Counted from the stretch's first letter, positions 1-8,847 are shown. The stretch: DNA of 64,000 nt from an uncultured Candidatus Saccharibacteria bacterium (GCA_964459225.1 CAYWKB010000001.1:32356-96355); one strand, 5' to 3'. Numbers and translations are program-made. Notes: generated by a model not told the origin, from the letters alone.

Positions 1-251
1 CAATTAGCACCTGAAGTATCTAATGTAGCTGGATAACTATTACATCTATCAAAATATAATTCTAAGGTTAATTGTAATTGTCCGATATCAGAAATCCTTT
101 TTGCATCTCTCGCTTTTATTTTAGATGATGCTAGATTAGCTGAAACTATTGCTGTTAGTATTCCTATAATTGCTATTACCACTAGTAACTCTATTAATGT
201 GAATGCTTTATTTTTAATTGATTTATTATTTTTCAAAAGTTCTTTTTTCAT
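1..251 (-). CDS. type IV pilin/pseudopilin, N-terminal part (runs off window edge); MKKELLKNNKSIKNKAFTLIELLVVIAIIGIL...
   Basis: Reverse-strand translation from ATG (rc of 249-251) gives classic prepilin leader + FTLIELLVVIAIIGIL N-methylation/TM segment; same 16-aa motif as pilin at 53000-53473. Confidence 0.75.
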   Translation of the reverse strand, partial: MKKELLKNNKSIKNKAFTLIELLVVIAIIGILTAIVSANLASSKIKARDAKRISDIGQLQLTLELYFDRCNSYPATLDTSGAN

Positions 252-288
252 TACTGTAATTATATCAAGGAAGCACATATAAACAAAA

Positions 289-327
289 CACCCCGGGGTC
301 GTCACTTCTGTGACTTACCCCGGGGTG
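289..327 (-). terminator. GC-rich hairpin (CACCCCGGGG...CCCCGGGGTG, 10-bp stem) followed on minus strand by T-run; terminator of small GC-rich cassette
   Basis: perfect inverted repeat read directly; A-run on plus strand upstream = U-run on minus strand. Confidence 0.6.
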
Positions 328-355
328 CATAATGACTGGCGTCAATTGCGTCAGG

Positions 356-487
356 AAACTTTTCTACCAGCGAGAATTTTCTCGCTAGCTGCTTTCTGCC
401 GCGCGGCATGTTCCTCCTGCAGCTTCTTGACCTCCTCGTAGCTGATTTCGACTCTCTTGCCATTGAGTATTCTGTATAACTTGGCCA
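356..487 (-). CDS. small hypothetical protein (44 aa, MAKLYRILNGKRVEISYEEVKKLQEEHAARQKAASEKILAGRKVS) in GC-rich cassette
   Basis: clean charged/helical 44-aa ORF, ATG start, TGA stop, ~52% GC vs ~30% genome; not in ORF track (below 60 aa). Confidence 0.4.
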
Positions 488-621
488 TAACCTATTAATT
501 TACCGACCTTGAGTCTAATTGGAATGTGCTTGTGGATGCGGTCCCCAAGAATCGCATCGCCATCCCAATGGATGGACCATGTAGACCTTTTTGGTAAACA
601 CAGTAACATCTGGACAATCAT
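385..621 (-). CDS. hypothetical small ORF (first ORF of GC-rich cassette); true 3' end uncertain, overlaps next ORF out of frame, possible frameshift/pseudogene
   Basis: ORF track 78 aa; ATG at 619-621 lies ~10 nt downstream of a consensus promoter; C-terminal part is low-complexity and overlaps the 44-aa ORF. Confidence 0.3.
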   Translation of the reverse strand: MIVQMLLCLPKRSTWSIHWDGDAILGDRIHKHIPIRLKVGKLIGYGQVIQNTQWQESRNQLRGGQEAAGGTCRAAESS

Positions 622-628
622 TATAGCA

Positions 629-657
629 CCATATATTTACGTGTCAAGCAAATATAA
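629..657 (-). promoter_or_regulatory. consensus sigma70-type promoter TTGACA-16nt-TATAAT on minus strand, start codon ~10 nt after -10 (leaderless-type)
   Basis: rc of 652-657 = TTGACA, rc of 629-634 = TATAAT, 16-nt spacer; sits exactly at AT-rich/GC-rich boundary. Confidence 0.55.
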
Positions 658-671
658 CTATATGTGGAAAA

Positions 672-1823
672 CTAATTTGCACTTGTACTAGTAGCTGTGA
701 GCAATGAACTTCTTGTATAGTTATTTGAAGCATTCCACATCATCCAACTATTTAGTCCTGTATCATATGTCGCAGTGATTTGTGCTCTAACCATTTCGGG
801 GGTATAGTCCACTCTTCCAATACTAAAATCTTGTAACCATGGTCTTAATTTACTTGGAGTTGTGCTCGCAGTTACCGCTCTCTTTACTGCCATACCCATA
901 GCATATTTAATCACTTCATATGGTTTACTTGCGGGACTTTCAAAATTCATAAAACCAGTTGGATAATGTGATGGATAAACCATAGGAGCAACATAATCAA
1001 AATGTTCAAGTGCGTATTCTAATATTTGCCCTATTCCTAAATCATCAGTATTAGATGTTGTCATACCAAACAAGTCAGCTGATATTGGAATATTTTTGGC
1101 TTTGAATTCTTTTTCTAAAAATGCAAAAAATTCTTTTAATGCTATTGATTTTACTTTTCCTTCACTAAAAGGATACGAAATATCCATCATATCTCCATCT
1201 GACGGAAATCTTATATAATCAAAATTCAATTCGTCAAAACCAACCGCGTATGATTCATTACCTATTTCAACAATATAATCCCATACAGGTTTTGCCCCCA
1301 CATCTAACCAACTAACTCCCTTTCGATCTTTCCATACATTTCCATTTTTGAACTTTACGGCGTATTCTGGTTTTTTATGAACTAAATATGAATCCTGAAA
1401 TGATGATATTCTCCCAATTACATATATTCCCTTATCATGTAGGCTACCTATAAATTGTTTAATATCCGGAATTCTGTTTTCCTCTGAACCCAAATCACTA
1501 ATTAATTTATTTTCTGAATGAAATGAAACCCGACCTGTATAATCTTTAATATCTATAACCACTGCATTTAATTCAGTATCATCAATCAGCTTTACAAGAT
1601 TATCTCTTAATCTTTTATTACCCGCCACCCAACTAGACATATAAATAGCCTTCACTGAATCTGGTGTTTTGATATGAGTAACTGAAAATGGAGGTGGTAA
1701 AGATATACTGATAGCAGCATTTTGTTCAGCTTTGTATATATCACTTTCAAAAGGGAATTTTTGTATTCCGACAACTGTCGCAATTAACAATGATATTCCT
1801 ATTGTGTAAGCGATATATCTCAT
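672..1823 (-). CDS. putative glycoside-hydrolase-like TIM-barrel protein (DUF4015/COG1306-like), N-terminal membrane anchor
   Basis: 383 aa; motifs DYIRFPSDG, FDELNFDY typical of DUF4015 family; N-terminal hydrophobic segment. Confidence 0.5.
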   Translation of the reverse strand: MRYIAYTIGISLLIATVVGIQKFPFESDIYKAEQNAAISISLPPPFSVTHIKTPDSVKAIYMSSWVAGNKRLRDNLVKLIDDTELNAVVIDIKDYTGRVSFHSENKLISDLGSEENRIPDIKQFIGSLHDKGIYVIGRISSFQDSYLVHKKPEYAVKFKNGNVWKDRKGVSWLDVGAKPVWDYIVEIGNESYAVGFDELNFDYIRFPSDGDMMDISYPFSEGKVKSIALKEFFAFLEKEFKAKNIPISADLFGMTTSNTDDLGIGQILEYALEHFDYVAPMVYPSHYPTGFMNFESPASKPYEVIKYAMGMAVKRAVTASTTPSKLRPWLQDFSIGRVDYTPEMVRAQITATYDTGLNSWMMWNASNNYTRSSLLTATSTSAN

Positions 1824-2036
1824 TTAAGCATTTGTATTTTGATTATCATTTTCTGTAAATACTGAAGATGAGGAATTTGAATTTGATTTTCTTTCGTGTG
1901 GAAGATTATATGATATACCAATTATTAATATTCCTGTTATTACAGCAATAATTTTGTACCAGTCAGCTGGAAAACCAGCAAAAAGAAATACAATAACCCA
2001 GGCACCCAACAGACATAACCATTGTCTCTTTGACAT
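1824..2036 (-). CDS. small membrane protein, hypothetical
   Basis: 70 aa, two hydrophobic helices, start abuts downstream gene (1823/1824). Confidence 0.4.
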   Translation of the reverse strand: MSKRQWLCLLGAWVIVFLFAGFPADWYKIIAVITGILIIGISYNLPHERKSNSNSSSSVFTENDNQNTNA

Positions 2037-2093
2037 ATTTTTTAATTTTAAATTATTATTGCAATAATTATACTATATAAATTGAAGTTTATC

Positions 2094-2795
2094 CTAAAAT
2101 GTGGATACTATAACTACGAATTCTCCTTTTTGTTTATTTGTATCTGTTTCTAAAATATTTAAAATATCATCCGCATTTCCTTGAATTACCTCTTCATATA
2201 TTTTTGTTATTTCTCTAACAATCGTTATTTTTTTATTTGAATCTTTCAAAAATTCCCTTAGAGATTGTAATGTTTTAATTATTCTATGTGTTGATTCATA
2301 AAAAATAATAGTTCTCTGTGAATCACGAATTTCATTGAATATTGTTTCTCTACCCTTTTTGTGTGGCATAAATCCTAAAAATATAAATTCATGACTTGGA
2401 ACTCCAGAAATTGAAATAGCGGTAGTTAATGCAGATGGACCTGGCACACCTATAATCTTTAATTCACCATTTTTGATCTCATCACTGAAATTTTTTCTTA
2501 CTTCACTTATAAGCATTGAGCCAGGGTCTGAAATACCTGGAGTACCAGCATCAGTTACTAAAGCAATATTTTTACCCTCTTTTATTTTTTCAAATATTAT
2601 TTCAACCTTAGCTTCACCACTTTGTGCATGATAACTCATCATTTGAGTATTAATATTGTACTTTTCAAATATTCTTTTTGTAACTCTAGTATCTTCACAT
2701 AGCACAATATCAACTTCCCCTAAAATCCTTATTGCTCTTAGTGTTATATCCTCAAGATTTCCAATAGGTGTACCGATTACATAAAAAGTAGACAT
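2094..2795 (-). CDS. rsmI: 16S rRNA (cytidine1402-2'-O)-methyltransferase RsmI
   Basis: YVIGTPIGNLEDITLRA...LCEDTR motif, tetrapyrrole-methylase fold, 233 aa. Confidence 0.85.
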   Translation of the reverse strand: MSTFYVIGTPIGNLEDITLRAIRILGEVDIVLCEDTRVTKRIFEKYNINTQMMSYHAQSGEAKVEIIFEKIKEGKNIALVTDAGTPGISDPGSMLISEVRKNFSDEIKNGELKIIGVPGPSALTTAISISGVPSHEFIFLGFMPHKKGRETIFNEIRDSQRTIIFYESTHRIIKTLQSLREFLKDSNKKITIVREITKIYEEVIQGNADDILNILETDTNKQKGEFVVIVSTF

Positions 2796-2822
2796 AAATA
2801 TATAATATACTACACTATCTAT

Positions 2823-4016
2823 ATGGCAAGCTTAGTATACATAGCAAGGGATATTGAAAGGGCTTTGGGAGCAGAGCCTATTGGTGATTATTATATTATT
2901 ACAAATAAGACTAGTTATTCAGTATCAATTAAAAATAAATACAATGAAAATGTTTATCTAATTGATAAGGGTGAAATACTGGATACATTTGAACTTTTGT
3001 CTTTGGATGAAGTTCAAGAAATAATAAAAAAATTAAATGCAGATGTTTTGGTATTTAAAAACACAATTCATATACAGCAATATTGTAAAGAAAAAAACAT
3101 AAAACTACTTAATCCCGATGCAAATTTATCAGAAAAAGTTGAAAACAAAATCACTCAGGTGTCTTGGCTTTCTGAATTATCATCATTACTTCCTAAACAT
3201 TTTATATCTACAGTTAGAGAAATCGATGAAAATAAATTAGTAGAAAATAAAGTATTGATTTTTCAATGGTCTCATGGACATACAGGAAATGGAACTATTT
3301 TGATTTCAAATATAAATGAATTAAATGATTTAAAAAAGAAATTCCCTTATAGAGAAGTCAGGGTAACAGAATACATAAAAGGCCCAATGTTTACCGCAAA
3401 TATTGTAGTTACAGATACTGTAATATTACTTGGAAATATTAGTTATCAAATTACTGGAATGCTACCTTTTACCGAAAATGCTTTTAGTACAATAGGAAAT
3501 GACTGGAGTGTTCCGCATACTATTTTGACTGAAAATCACATTAAGTCTTTTGAATCAATTGCAGAAAAAGTGGGGCAAAAAATGCAAAAAGAAAATTGGC
3601 GAGGGCTTTTTGGTATTGATGTTATATACGATGAAGAAAGAGATGAATTAAAATTAATTGAAATAAATGCAAGACAACCAGCATCAACAACTTATGAATC
3701 ACAGCTTCAAGCAAAATTTAAAATTCATGGAATACCAGGATCAACAGTATTTGAGGCACATGTAAATGCTCTATTAAAAAATGGAAAAGTATTACCACTT
3801 ATACCCATAAATGACGGCGCACAAATATTGCAAAGAGTGACAAAGTTAACTCGTAAAGTTGATACAAGTAAACTCACAAATGCAGGATATAAAGTAATAC
3901 AATATGATGAAATAAAAGATAATTCTGATCTAGTAAGAATACAAAGCGATAAAGGTATCATGGAAGTTCATAATAAATTTAATAAGAGAGGAAAAGAAAT
4001 AATTACTCTAATCTAA
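2823..4016 (+). CDS. ATP-grasp domain protein (unknown ligase)
   Basis: GIDVIYDEERDELKLIEINARQP ATP-grasp C-domain signature; 397 aa. Confidence 0.55.
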   Translation: MASLVYIARDIERALGAEPIGDYYIITNKTSYSVSIKNKYNENVYLIDKGEILDTFELLSLDEVQEIIKKLNADVLVFKNTIHIQQYCKEKNIKLLNPDANLSEKVENKITQVSWLSELSSLLPKHFISTVREIDENKLVENKVLIFQWSHGHTGNGTILISNINELNDLKKKFPYREVRVTEYIKGPMFTANIVVTDTVILLGNISYQITGMLPFTENAFSTIGNDWSVPHTILTENHIKSFESIAEKVGQKMQKENWRGLFGIDVIYDEERDELKLIEINARQPASTTYESQLQAKFKIHGIPGSTVFEAHVNALLKNGKVLPLIPINDGAQILQRVTKLTRKVDTSKLTNAGYKVIQYDEIKDNSDLVRIQSDKGIMEVHNKFNKRGKEIITLI

Positions 4017-4798
4017 ATAAACCAAGACAATCTCCTTACTTCGGTTGTAGATTTCTTTGCTCTCGTATGTGTGTAGTTTTCTTCTCCTTGTTTATCATTT
4101 TCTATCCATCTTTGTTCAACAATATTTTTATTTATATCGACTATTTCTATTTTACCTTCATGTATACCGTGACCGTATTCACCATCAGTTGGCCATGCTA
4201 TTGAATGTGTATAGTGCAATATTGTAGGAATAAAGTTTTGATATTCGATTTGGTAAATAATCAAAACATGATCTCTTTCTTTTCCTGATACATCGTTACT
4301 ATTTGTCATTGTAATAATGTCACCGACTTGAATATCTTTTGTATGAATACTTATACTATTATCGTTATGAGCAAAAGTTCTAACATCAGTGTTTTCGATA
4401 GGCCTTATTTTTGATTTTATTTTTCCCAAAAATCCACCAGCAAAAGGAAACGCCAAATGCTTATCTATTGTGCCCTTGCCTTTATTTTTTGATTCCTCAT
4501 TTAAGATGTAGTATGCATAACCTGAGCAATCTATACCAATATCATTGTCTACTAGTATTTTTTTTAAATCCTCTGAGTCAATTTCTTTTGAATTTATTTT
4601 ATTTAATATCAAAATATGCTCAATTTCAGAAAAAATTTCTTTAGGACTTCCCTTGCCAACATTTACCCTAAGTGCTGCCCTTTTAGAACCTCTGCGATTA
4701 TTGAAATACGGAATAGAACAAATAGCGTTGCCGATACGGAATTCTTTATACTGTGCAATGATATCCATTGCATCTTTTGATAGTAATTTTGTATTCAT
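4013..4798 (-). CDS. NlpC/P60-like papain-fold cysteine peptidase domain protein (cytoplasmic, no signal peptide)
   Basis: DCSGYAYYI (catalytic Cys context) followed by GDIITMT...RDHVLIIYQ (His context) mirrors NlpC/P60 Cys/His arrangement. Confidence 0.4.
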   Translation of the reverse strand: MNTKLLSKDAMDIIAQYKEFRIGNAICSIPYFNNRRGSKRAALRVNVGKGSPKEIFSEIEHILILNKINSKEIDSEDLKKILVDNDIGIDCSGYAYYILNEESKNKGKGTIDKHLAFPFAGGFLGKIKSKIRPIENTDVRTFAHNDNSISIHTKDIQVGDIITMTNSNDVSGKERDHVLIIYQIEYQNFIPTILHYTHSIAWPTDGEYGHGIHEGKIEIVDINKNIVEQRWIENDKQGEENYTHTRAKKSTTEVRRLSWFI

Positions 4799-4864
4799 AT
4801 TGTATGTAATATACTATCATATTTTAACTAGAATAATCACTAGTTTTATGATATTCTAATTTGC

Positions 4865-5992
4865 ATGATAAGCATACTTGAAGGATCAGCAAACCTTTCA
4901 TATATATTGAGTTTTTCCGTTTGGGCTTTTATTGTAGCCTTATTATTTTCTCCTGTACTAATTCATTTTTTGTATAAATATAAGGTTTTTAAGGGACAAA
5001 AAGTTGAATTAAAAAATATAGACTCACAAAGAGGAAAGGATAAAACTCCAGTAATGGGAGGATTGCTGGTTATATTAACTGTCGCAATTATTACTTATTT
5101 ATATAATTGGTCTAGAAGTTATACTTGGGTACCCATAAGTGTCATGCTTATATCTGCATCACTTGGAGCTATTGATGACTTATTAAATATCTATGGAGCA
5201 GAAAGAAGGTCAAGGAAATTGTCTCAAATATTTACCCTAATAAAAGTTCACAAGGAATTCAAAATGAGACTTTGGTATATCATCACATTGCCATGGTCAA
5301 TATTTAAAAGAACATCAGTATGGCTTGGCTCAAGAACAAATCGAGGTATTTTTGTTCATGAAAAATTATTTTTGCAATTTATAGCTGGATCAATAACTGC
5401 CTGGTGGATATATGACAAACTTGGCACAGCTTGGCATTATTTATATTTACCTTTTGGTCATGATTTTTATTTAGGATTTTATATTATACCCGTCATAATC
5501 CTTATTGTTATGTTTACAGCAAATGCAGTTAATATTGGTGATGGAATGGATGGACTTGCGGGTGGTATGCTTATTTCTTCTTTTAGTGCACTTACAATAC
5601 TAAGTTGGTTAAATGGTTTTGGTGAAATCGCAGCATTAAATGCAACAGTTGTGGGTGCGCTCGCTATATATACTTATTATAATATTAAACCAGCGAGATT
5701 TATGATGGGTGACGTAGGTTCATTGGGTTTAGGTGCACTCTTTGCCGTAAACACAATAGCAATCGGTGAAATTGGATCAATATTTTTCTTAGGATTTTTA
5801 TTTTATATTGAAGCGTTTAGTGTATTGGTACAGGTTGCCGGTAAATATATTTTAGGTAAAAAAATATTTAAAATGGCACCAATACATCACCATTTTGAAT
5901 TAAAAGGCTGGAGTGAAGAAAAGACCATAATGCGTTTTTGGATTATACACTTTATCTTTGTAGTATTTGGAGTTTGGCTTGCATTACAATAA
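4865..5992 (+). CDS. mraY: phospho-N-acetylmuramoyl-pentapeptide transferase MraY
   Basis: KTPVMGGL, DDLLNI, NAVNIGDGMDGLAGG, HHHFEL motifs. Confidence 0.85.
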   Translation: MISILEGSANLSYILSFSVWAFIVALLFSPVLIHFLYKYKVFKGQKVELKNIDSQRGKDKTPVMGGLLVILTVAIITYLYNWSRSYTWVPISVMLISASLGAIDDLLNIYGAERRSRKLSQIFTLIKVHKEFKMRLWYIITLPWSIFKRTSVWLGSRTNRGIFVHEKLFLQFIAGSITAWWIYDKLGTAWHYLYLPFGHDFYLGFYIIPVIILIVMFTANAVNIGDGMDGLAGGMLISSFSALTILSWLNGFGEIAALNATVVGALAIYTYYNIKPARFMMGDVGSLGLGALFAVNTIAIGEIGSIFFLGFLFYIEAFSVLVQVAGKYILGKKIFKMAPIHHHFELKGWSEEKTIMRFWIIHFIFVVFGVWLALQ

Positions 5993-6641
5993 TTTCTTTA
6001 TGAAATATTTACATTGGAAAGAAGAAAAAATAACAGACGCAACGCCAGAATTTATATCAAAAATGTATGATAGCGGATATGTATTTACAAGAATACAAAA
6101 AGGCATAATGCATCAAACAAGAAGCGTTAGAGTTAATTTAAATAAATTTGATTTATCTAGTGAAAATAGAAGGATTTTAAAAAAAGGTCAGGAAGTGTCT
6201 ATTGATATTCATGATATCCCCTACAATAATTATGATTGGAAAATAGGTAAAATAGCAAAAGACTTTTACGATACAAAAGCACCTGGAGATTTTTCGGTAA
6301 ACAAAATAAAAGAGATAATCACCACAGATCATAATTTTAATACCCTGATAGATTTCAATAAAGTAGGTTATACGATATGCTATATGAATAATGAAATATT
6401 ACATTATTCATATCCATTTTATGATTTAAACAATTCACCAAAAGATATGGGTTTGATTATGATGACCAAAACTATTTCAGAAATGAAAACACGCGGATTA
6501 AAATATGTATATCTTGGATCATTACAAAGGACAAATGATACATATAAATTACAATTTGGAGGTATGGAATGGTTTGATGGAACAAAGTGGAGTGAGGATT
6601 TGGAGGAGGTTAAAAAGATACTATTACCAATTCACGAATAG
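5967..6641 (+). CDS. aminoacyl-tRNA--substrate transferase-like protein (Bpt/ATE C-domain-like, GNAT fold); probable real start ATG at 5998-6000
   Basis: C-terminal KYVYLGSLQRTNDTYKLQFGGMEWFDGTKW matches Y.YLG...YK..F...W core of arginyl/leucyl-tRNA protein transferases; overlaps/abuts mraY stop. Confidence 0.45.
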   Translation: MEFGLHYNNFFMKYLHWKEEKITDATPEFISKMYDSGYVFTRIQKGIMHQTRSVRVNLNKFDLSSENRRILKKGQEVSIDIHDIPYNNYDWKIGKIAKDFYDTKAPGDFSVNKIKEIITTDHNFNTLIDFNKVGYTICYMNNEILHYSYPFYDLNNSPKDMGLIMMTKTISEMKTRGLKYVYLGSLQRTNDTYKLQFGGMEWFDGTKWSEDLEEVKKILLPIHE

Positions 6642-6892
6642 AGTTCGCTGTGACTGCCGATTGCATATAATAAACATGCATCCTTATTTATTTTTTTATA
6701 TATCACTCTTATATCACTAGTAATATTGATGCTTCTATATTCTGAATAGACTCCATGTAATTTATGGTTATTAAGTATTGGATTATATTCATCATCCAAG
6801 AAAAAATCTAATTTCTTACTAAAATTACTTTTATCCTTTTTAGAAAGCTTTTTAAATGATTTTTTGAATTTACTAGAATAAGCTAAGAACAT
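6632..6892 (-). CDS. yafQ: type II toxin, YafQ/RelE-family mRNA interferase
   Basis: HKLHGVYSEYRSINITSDIRVIYKK...LLYAIGSHSELY matches YafQ/RelE catalytic region; directly downstream of DinJ-like antitoxin. Confidence 0.7.
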   Translation of the reverse strand: MFLAYSSKFKKSFKKLSKKDKSNFSKKLDFFLDDEYNPILNNHKLHGVYSEYRSINITSDIRVIYKKINKDACLLYAIGSHSELYS

Positions 6893-6894
6893 TA

Positions 6895-7164
6895 TTATTT
6901 ACCCGATAAACTTTTAATAAAATCCTTACTACCCTTGTGAAATTTTATTTTCCCCTCATTAAGTTCTTTATCTGTCTCCTCAATTATTTTTCTAAGATAT
7001 GGGGACGGGTTATAGGAAGCAGAAAAGACTACTTCTCTATCCCTAACGAATTGCCTGAGAAATGAATTAATAACTGTACTCAATGGCACACCAATCTCTT
7101 CAGCAACCTCTTGAGCTGTATCTTTTATTACTTTATCCGTTTTAATTGTTAAAAGTGTTTTCAT
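6895..7164 (-). CDS. dinJ: type II antitoxin, RelB/DinJ family (start at ATG 7162-7164; ORF track extended to TTG at 7179)
   Basis: MKTLLTIKTDKVIKDTAQEVAEEIGVPLSTVINSFLRQFVRDREV = RHH DinJ signature. Confidence 0.7.
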   Translation of the reverse strand: MKTLLTIKTDKVIKDTAQEVAEEIGVPLSTVINSFLRQFVRDREVVFSASYNPSPYLRKIIEETDKELNEGKIKFHKGSKDFIKSLSGK

Positions 7165-7169
7165 AAATT

Positions 7170-7187
7170 TATATACCAAAGTATATA
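7170..7187. promoter_or_regulatory. palindrome TATATAC-caaa-GTATATA immediately upstream of dinJ start: likely TA operator/promoter
   Basis: perfect 7-bp inverted repeat, 5 nt from antitoxin ATG. Confidence 0.45.
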
Positions 7188-7307
7188 CAATGGTATGATT
7201 TAGTCAAATATCATTTGAATTATAATAATATCAATTCATGAAGCACACTCCTCAACACAGACTTTGTCAATAGCACTTCATTCACTTTTTTACCTTATAA
7301 TAAACTC

Positions 7308-8711
7308 ATGTCATCACCAAAACACATACATATAGTCGGCATAGCCGGTGTAGCAACAAGCGCTATCGCTATTGCTTTTCATAAAACTGGATGGAAAGTT
7401 ACAGGTTCTGATAAGGGATTTTTCCCTCCTGTTTCAACCGAATTAGAAAAAAATAATATTTCATTTTATGCTGGTTGGCATCCTGAAAATATTGCAAATT
7501 TTGAAAAAAAGCCTGATCTCATAATGACCGGTGGAAGTGGAACAAGCGCATCAAATCCTGAAGTTATTTATGCAAAGGAAAATAATATTCCAGTGTATGA
7601 CTATCCTCGAATTCTTGAAAAATATTTCATTAAAAAGAACTCTATCGTGACTGTTGGAACCTGGGGGAAAACCACTTCTTCTTCCCTGCTTTCATTTATC
7701 TTAATTCAAGCAGGTATGGATCCATCGTATTTTACTGGAGGTCTTTCGCTTTCACATGACACTGGTGCTATTTCAGATAGCGATTGGAGTGTTGTTGAGG
7801 GTGATGAATATCAAGTCTCTATTTCTGATAAAAGACCGAAGTTTGTTTATTATGCACCAACACATTTGCTCCTGACATCTGTTTCTTGGGATCACGCTGA
7901 CCTTTACCCCACAGAAGCAGATTATTTTAAGGTTTTTTATGATTTAGTTGAAAAGCCTAATCTGATTGTTGCTTGTAATGATGACGCAGGTGTAAATACG
8001 GTAATCAAAAATAGTAAGAAAAAAATAATTACATACGGTAAAACTGAGGAAGCAAATTATTATTTTCATTCTATTTCACATAATAAGGACGGACTTAAAT
8101 TTAAAATTAAAAGTGCTTCAGAAGAATACGATATTCAAACACCAATGCTCGGACGTTTTAATGCCGAAAATATCACTGGGGTCTTTGCGATGGCAAAAGA
8201 AATCGGAATTCCAACAGACAAAATAATAAAAGCGATTTCTGATTTTAAAGGAATCAAAAGAAGATTTGAAAAAAGACTCGAAACGGATATTACTGTTTTT
8301 GATTGTCATGCACCCACAGCTGAAAAGGCAATGTCAATACTCGAAAGTCTCAGAGAGGTTTATAGCAAAAACATAATTGCAGTTTATGAACCAAATATAG
8401 GAGGTAGACAGAGAAGTTCGGCTTCAATGTATGACAATGCTTTCAAAAATGCAGATGTTGTAATAATTCCTCGCCTAAGTAAATTAAAAATAGATGAAAA
8501 AGCTACAGAACAACCAATGGAAGGAAATGAATTGGCTTCAGTTATTTCAAAAACACATTCTAATACAAAATTTATTGAAAACGATGAACTTGTTATAAAA
8601 ACATTAGTTGAAATTGCAAAAAAAGACGATGTAATCGTCTATCTTGGTTCGCACGGTTTTAGAGGAATGATCGAAGAAACTATTACTTCCCTTCGTCAAC
8701 AATTGAAGTAG
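7308..8711 (+). CDS. murC: UDP-N-acetylmuramate--L-alanine ligase MurC (Mur ligase family)
   Basis: IHIVGIAGVATSAIAIAF...TGSD N-terminal Rossmann, GTWGKTTSSSLL P-loop; TATAAT (7296-7301) 6 nt before ATG. Confidence 0.7.
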   Translation: MSSPKHIHIVGIAGVATSAIAIAFHKTGWKVTGSDKGFFPPVSTELEKNNISFYAGWHPENIANFEKKPDLIMTGGSGTSASNPEVIYAKENNIPVYDYPRILEKYFIKKNSIVTVGTWGKTTSSSLLSFILIQAGMDPSYFTGGLSLSHDTGAISDSDWSVVEGDEYQVSISDKRPKFVYYAPTHLLLTSVSWDHADLYPTEADYFKVFYDLVEKPNLIVACNDDAGVNTVIKNSKKKIITYGKTEEANYYFHSISHNKDGLKFKIKSASEEYDIQTPMLGRFNAENITGVFAMAKEIGIPTDKIIKAISDFKGIKRRFEKRLETDITVFDCHAPTAEKAMSILESLREVYSKNIIAVYEPNIGGRQRSSASMYDNAFKNADVVIIPRLSKLKIDEKATEQPMEGNELASVISKTHSNTKFIENDELVIKTLVEIAKKDDVIVYLGSHGFRGMIEETITSLRQQLK

Positions 8712-8847
8712 CAACTGTATCACTTTCTATTTTATCTACTGATAATGTTATACCGCAATGATTGCACTCTATAACCATACCTTCGTTTAGCTTTGGATAT
8801 CTTGTAATATCTATTTCATTTTTACATTCTGGACAAATTGATTTCAT
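8683..8847 (-). CDS. small zinc-ribbon protein (54 aa, CPEC...19 aa...CNHC), LysW-like architecture, acidic C-terminus
   Basis: MKSICPECKNEIDITRYPKLNEGMVIECNHCGITLSVDKIESDTVATSIVDEGK; not in ORF track (<60 aa); 3' end overlaps murC 3' end by 29 nt on the opposite strand. Confidence 0.4.
   Translation of the reverse strand: MKSICPECKNEIDITRYPKLNEGMVIECNHCGITLSVDKIESDTVATSIVDEGK

Noticed and set aside
509-691. Plus-strand 60-aa ORF in the GC-rich cassette
   Set aside because: Antisense to the promoter-driven minus-strand ORFs and has no start context; GC-rich DNA yields chance ORFs
3725-3961. Numerous 60-120-aa antisense ORFs inside long genes (e.g. 3725-3961, 12842-13369, 41977-42534, 45177-45530, 47919-48272, 56401-56838)
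   Set aside because: Embedded antisense in well-supported conserved genes (ATP-grasp, pyk, surface protein, ftsK, recA, pilB); low-complexity translations
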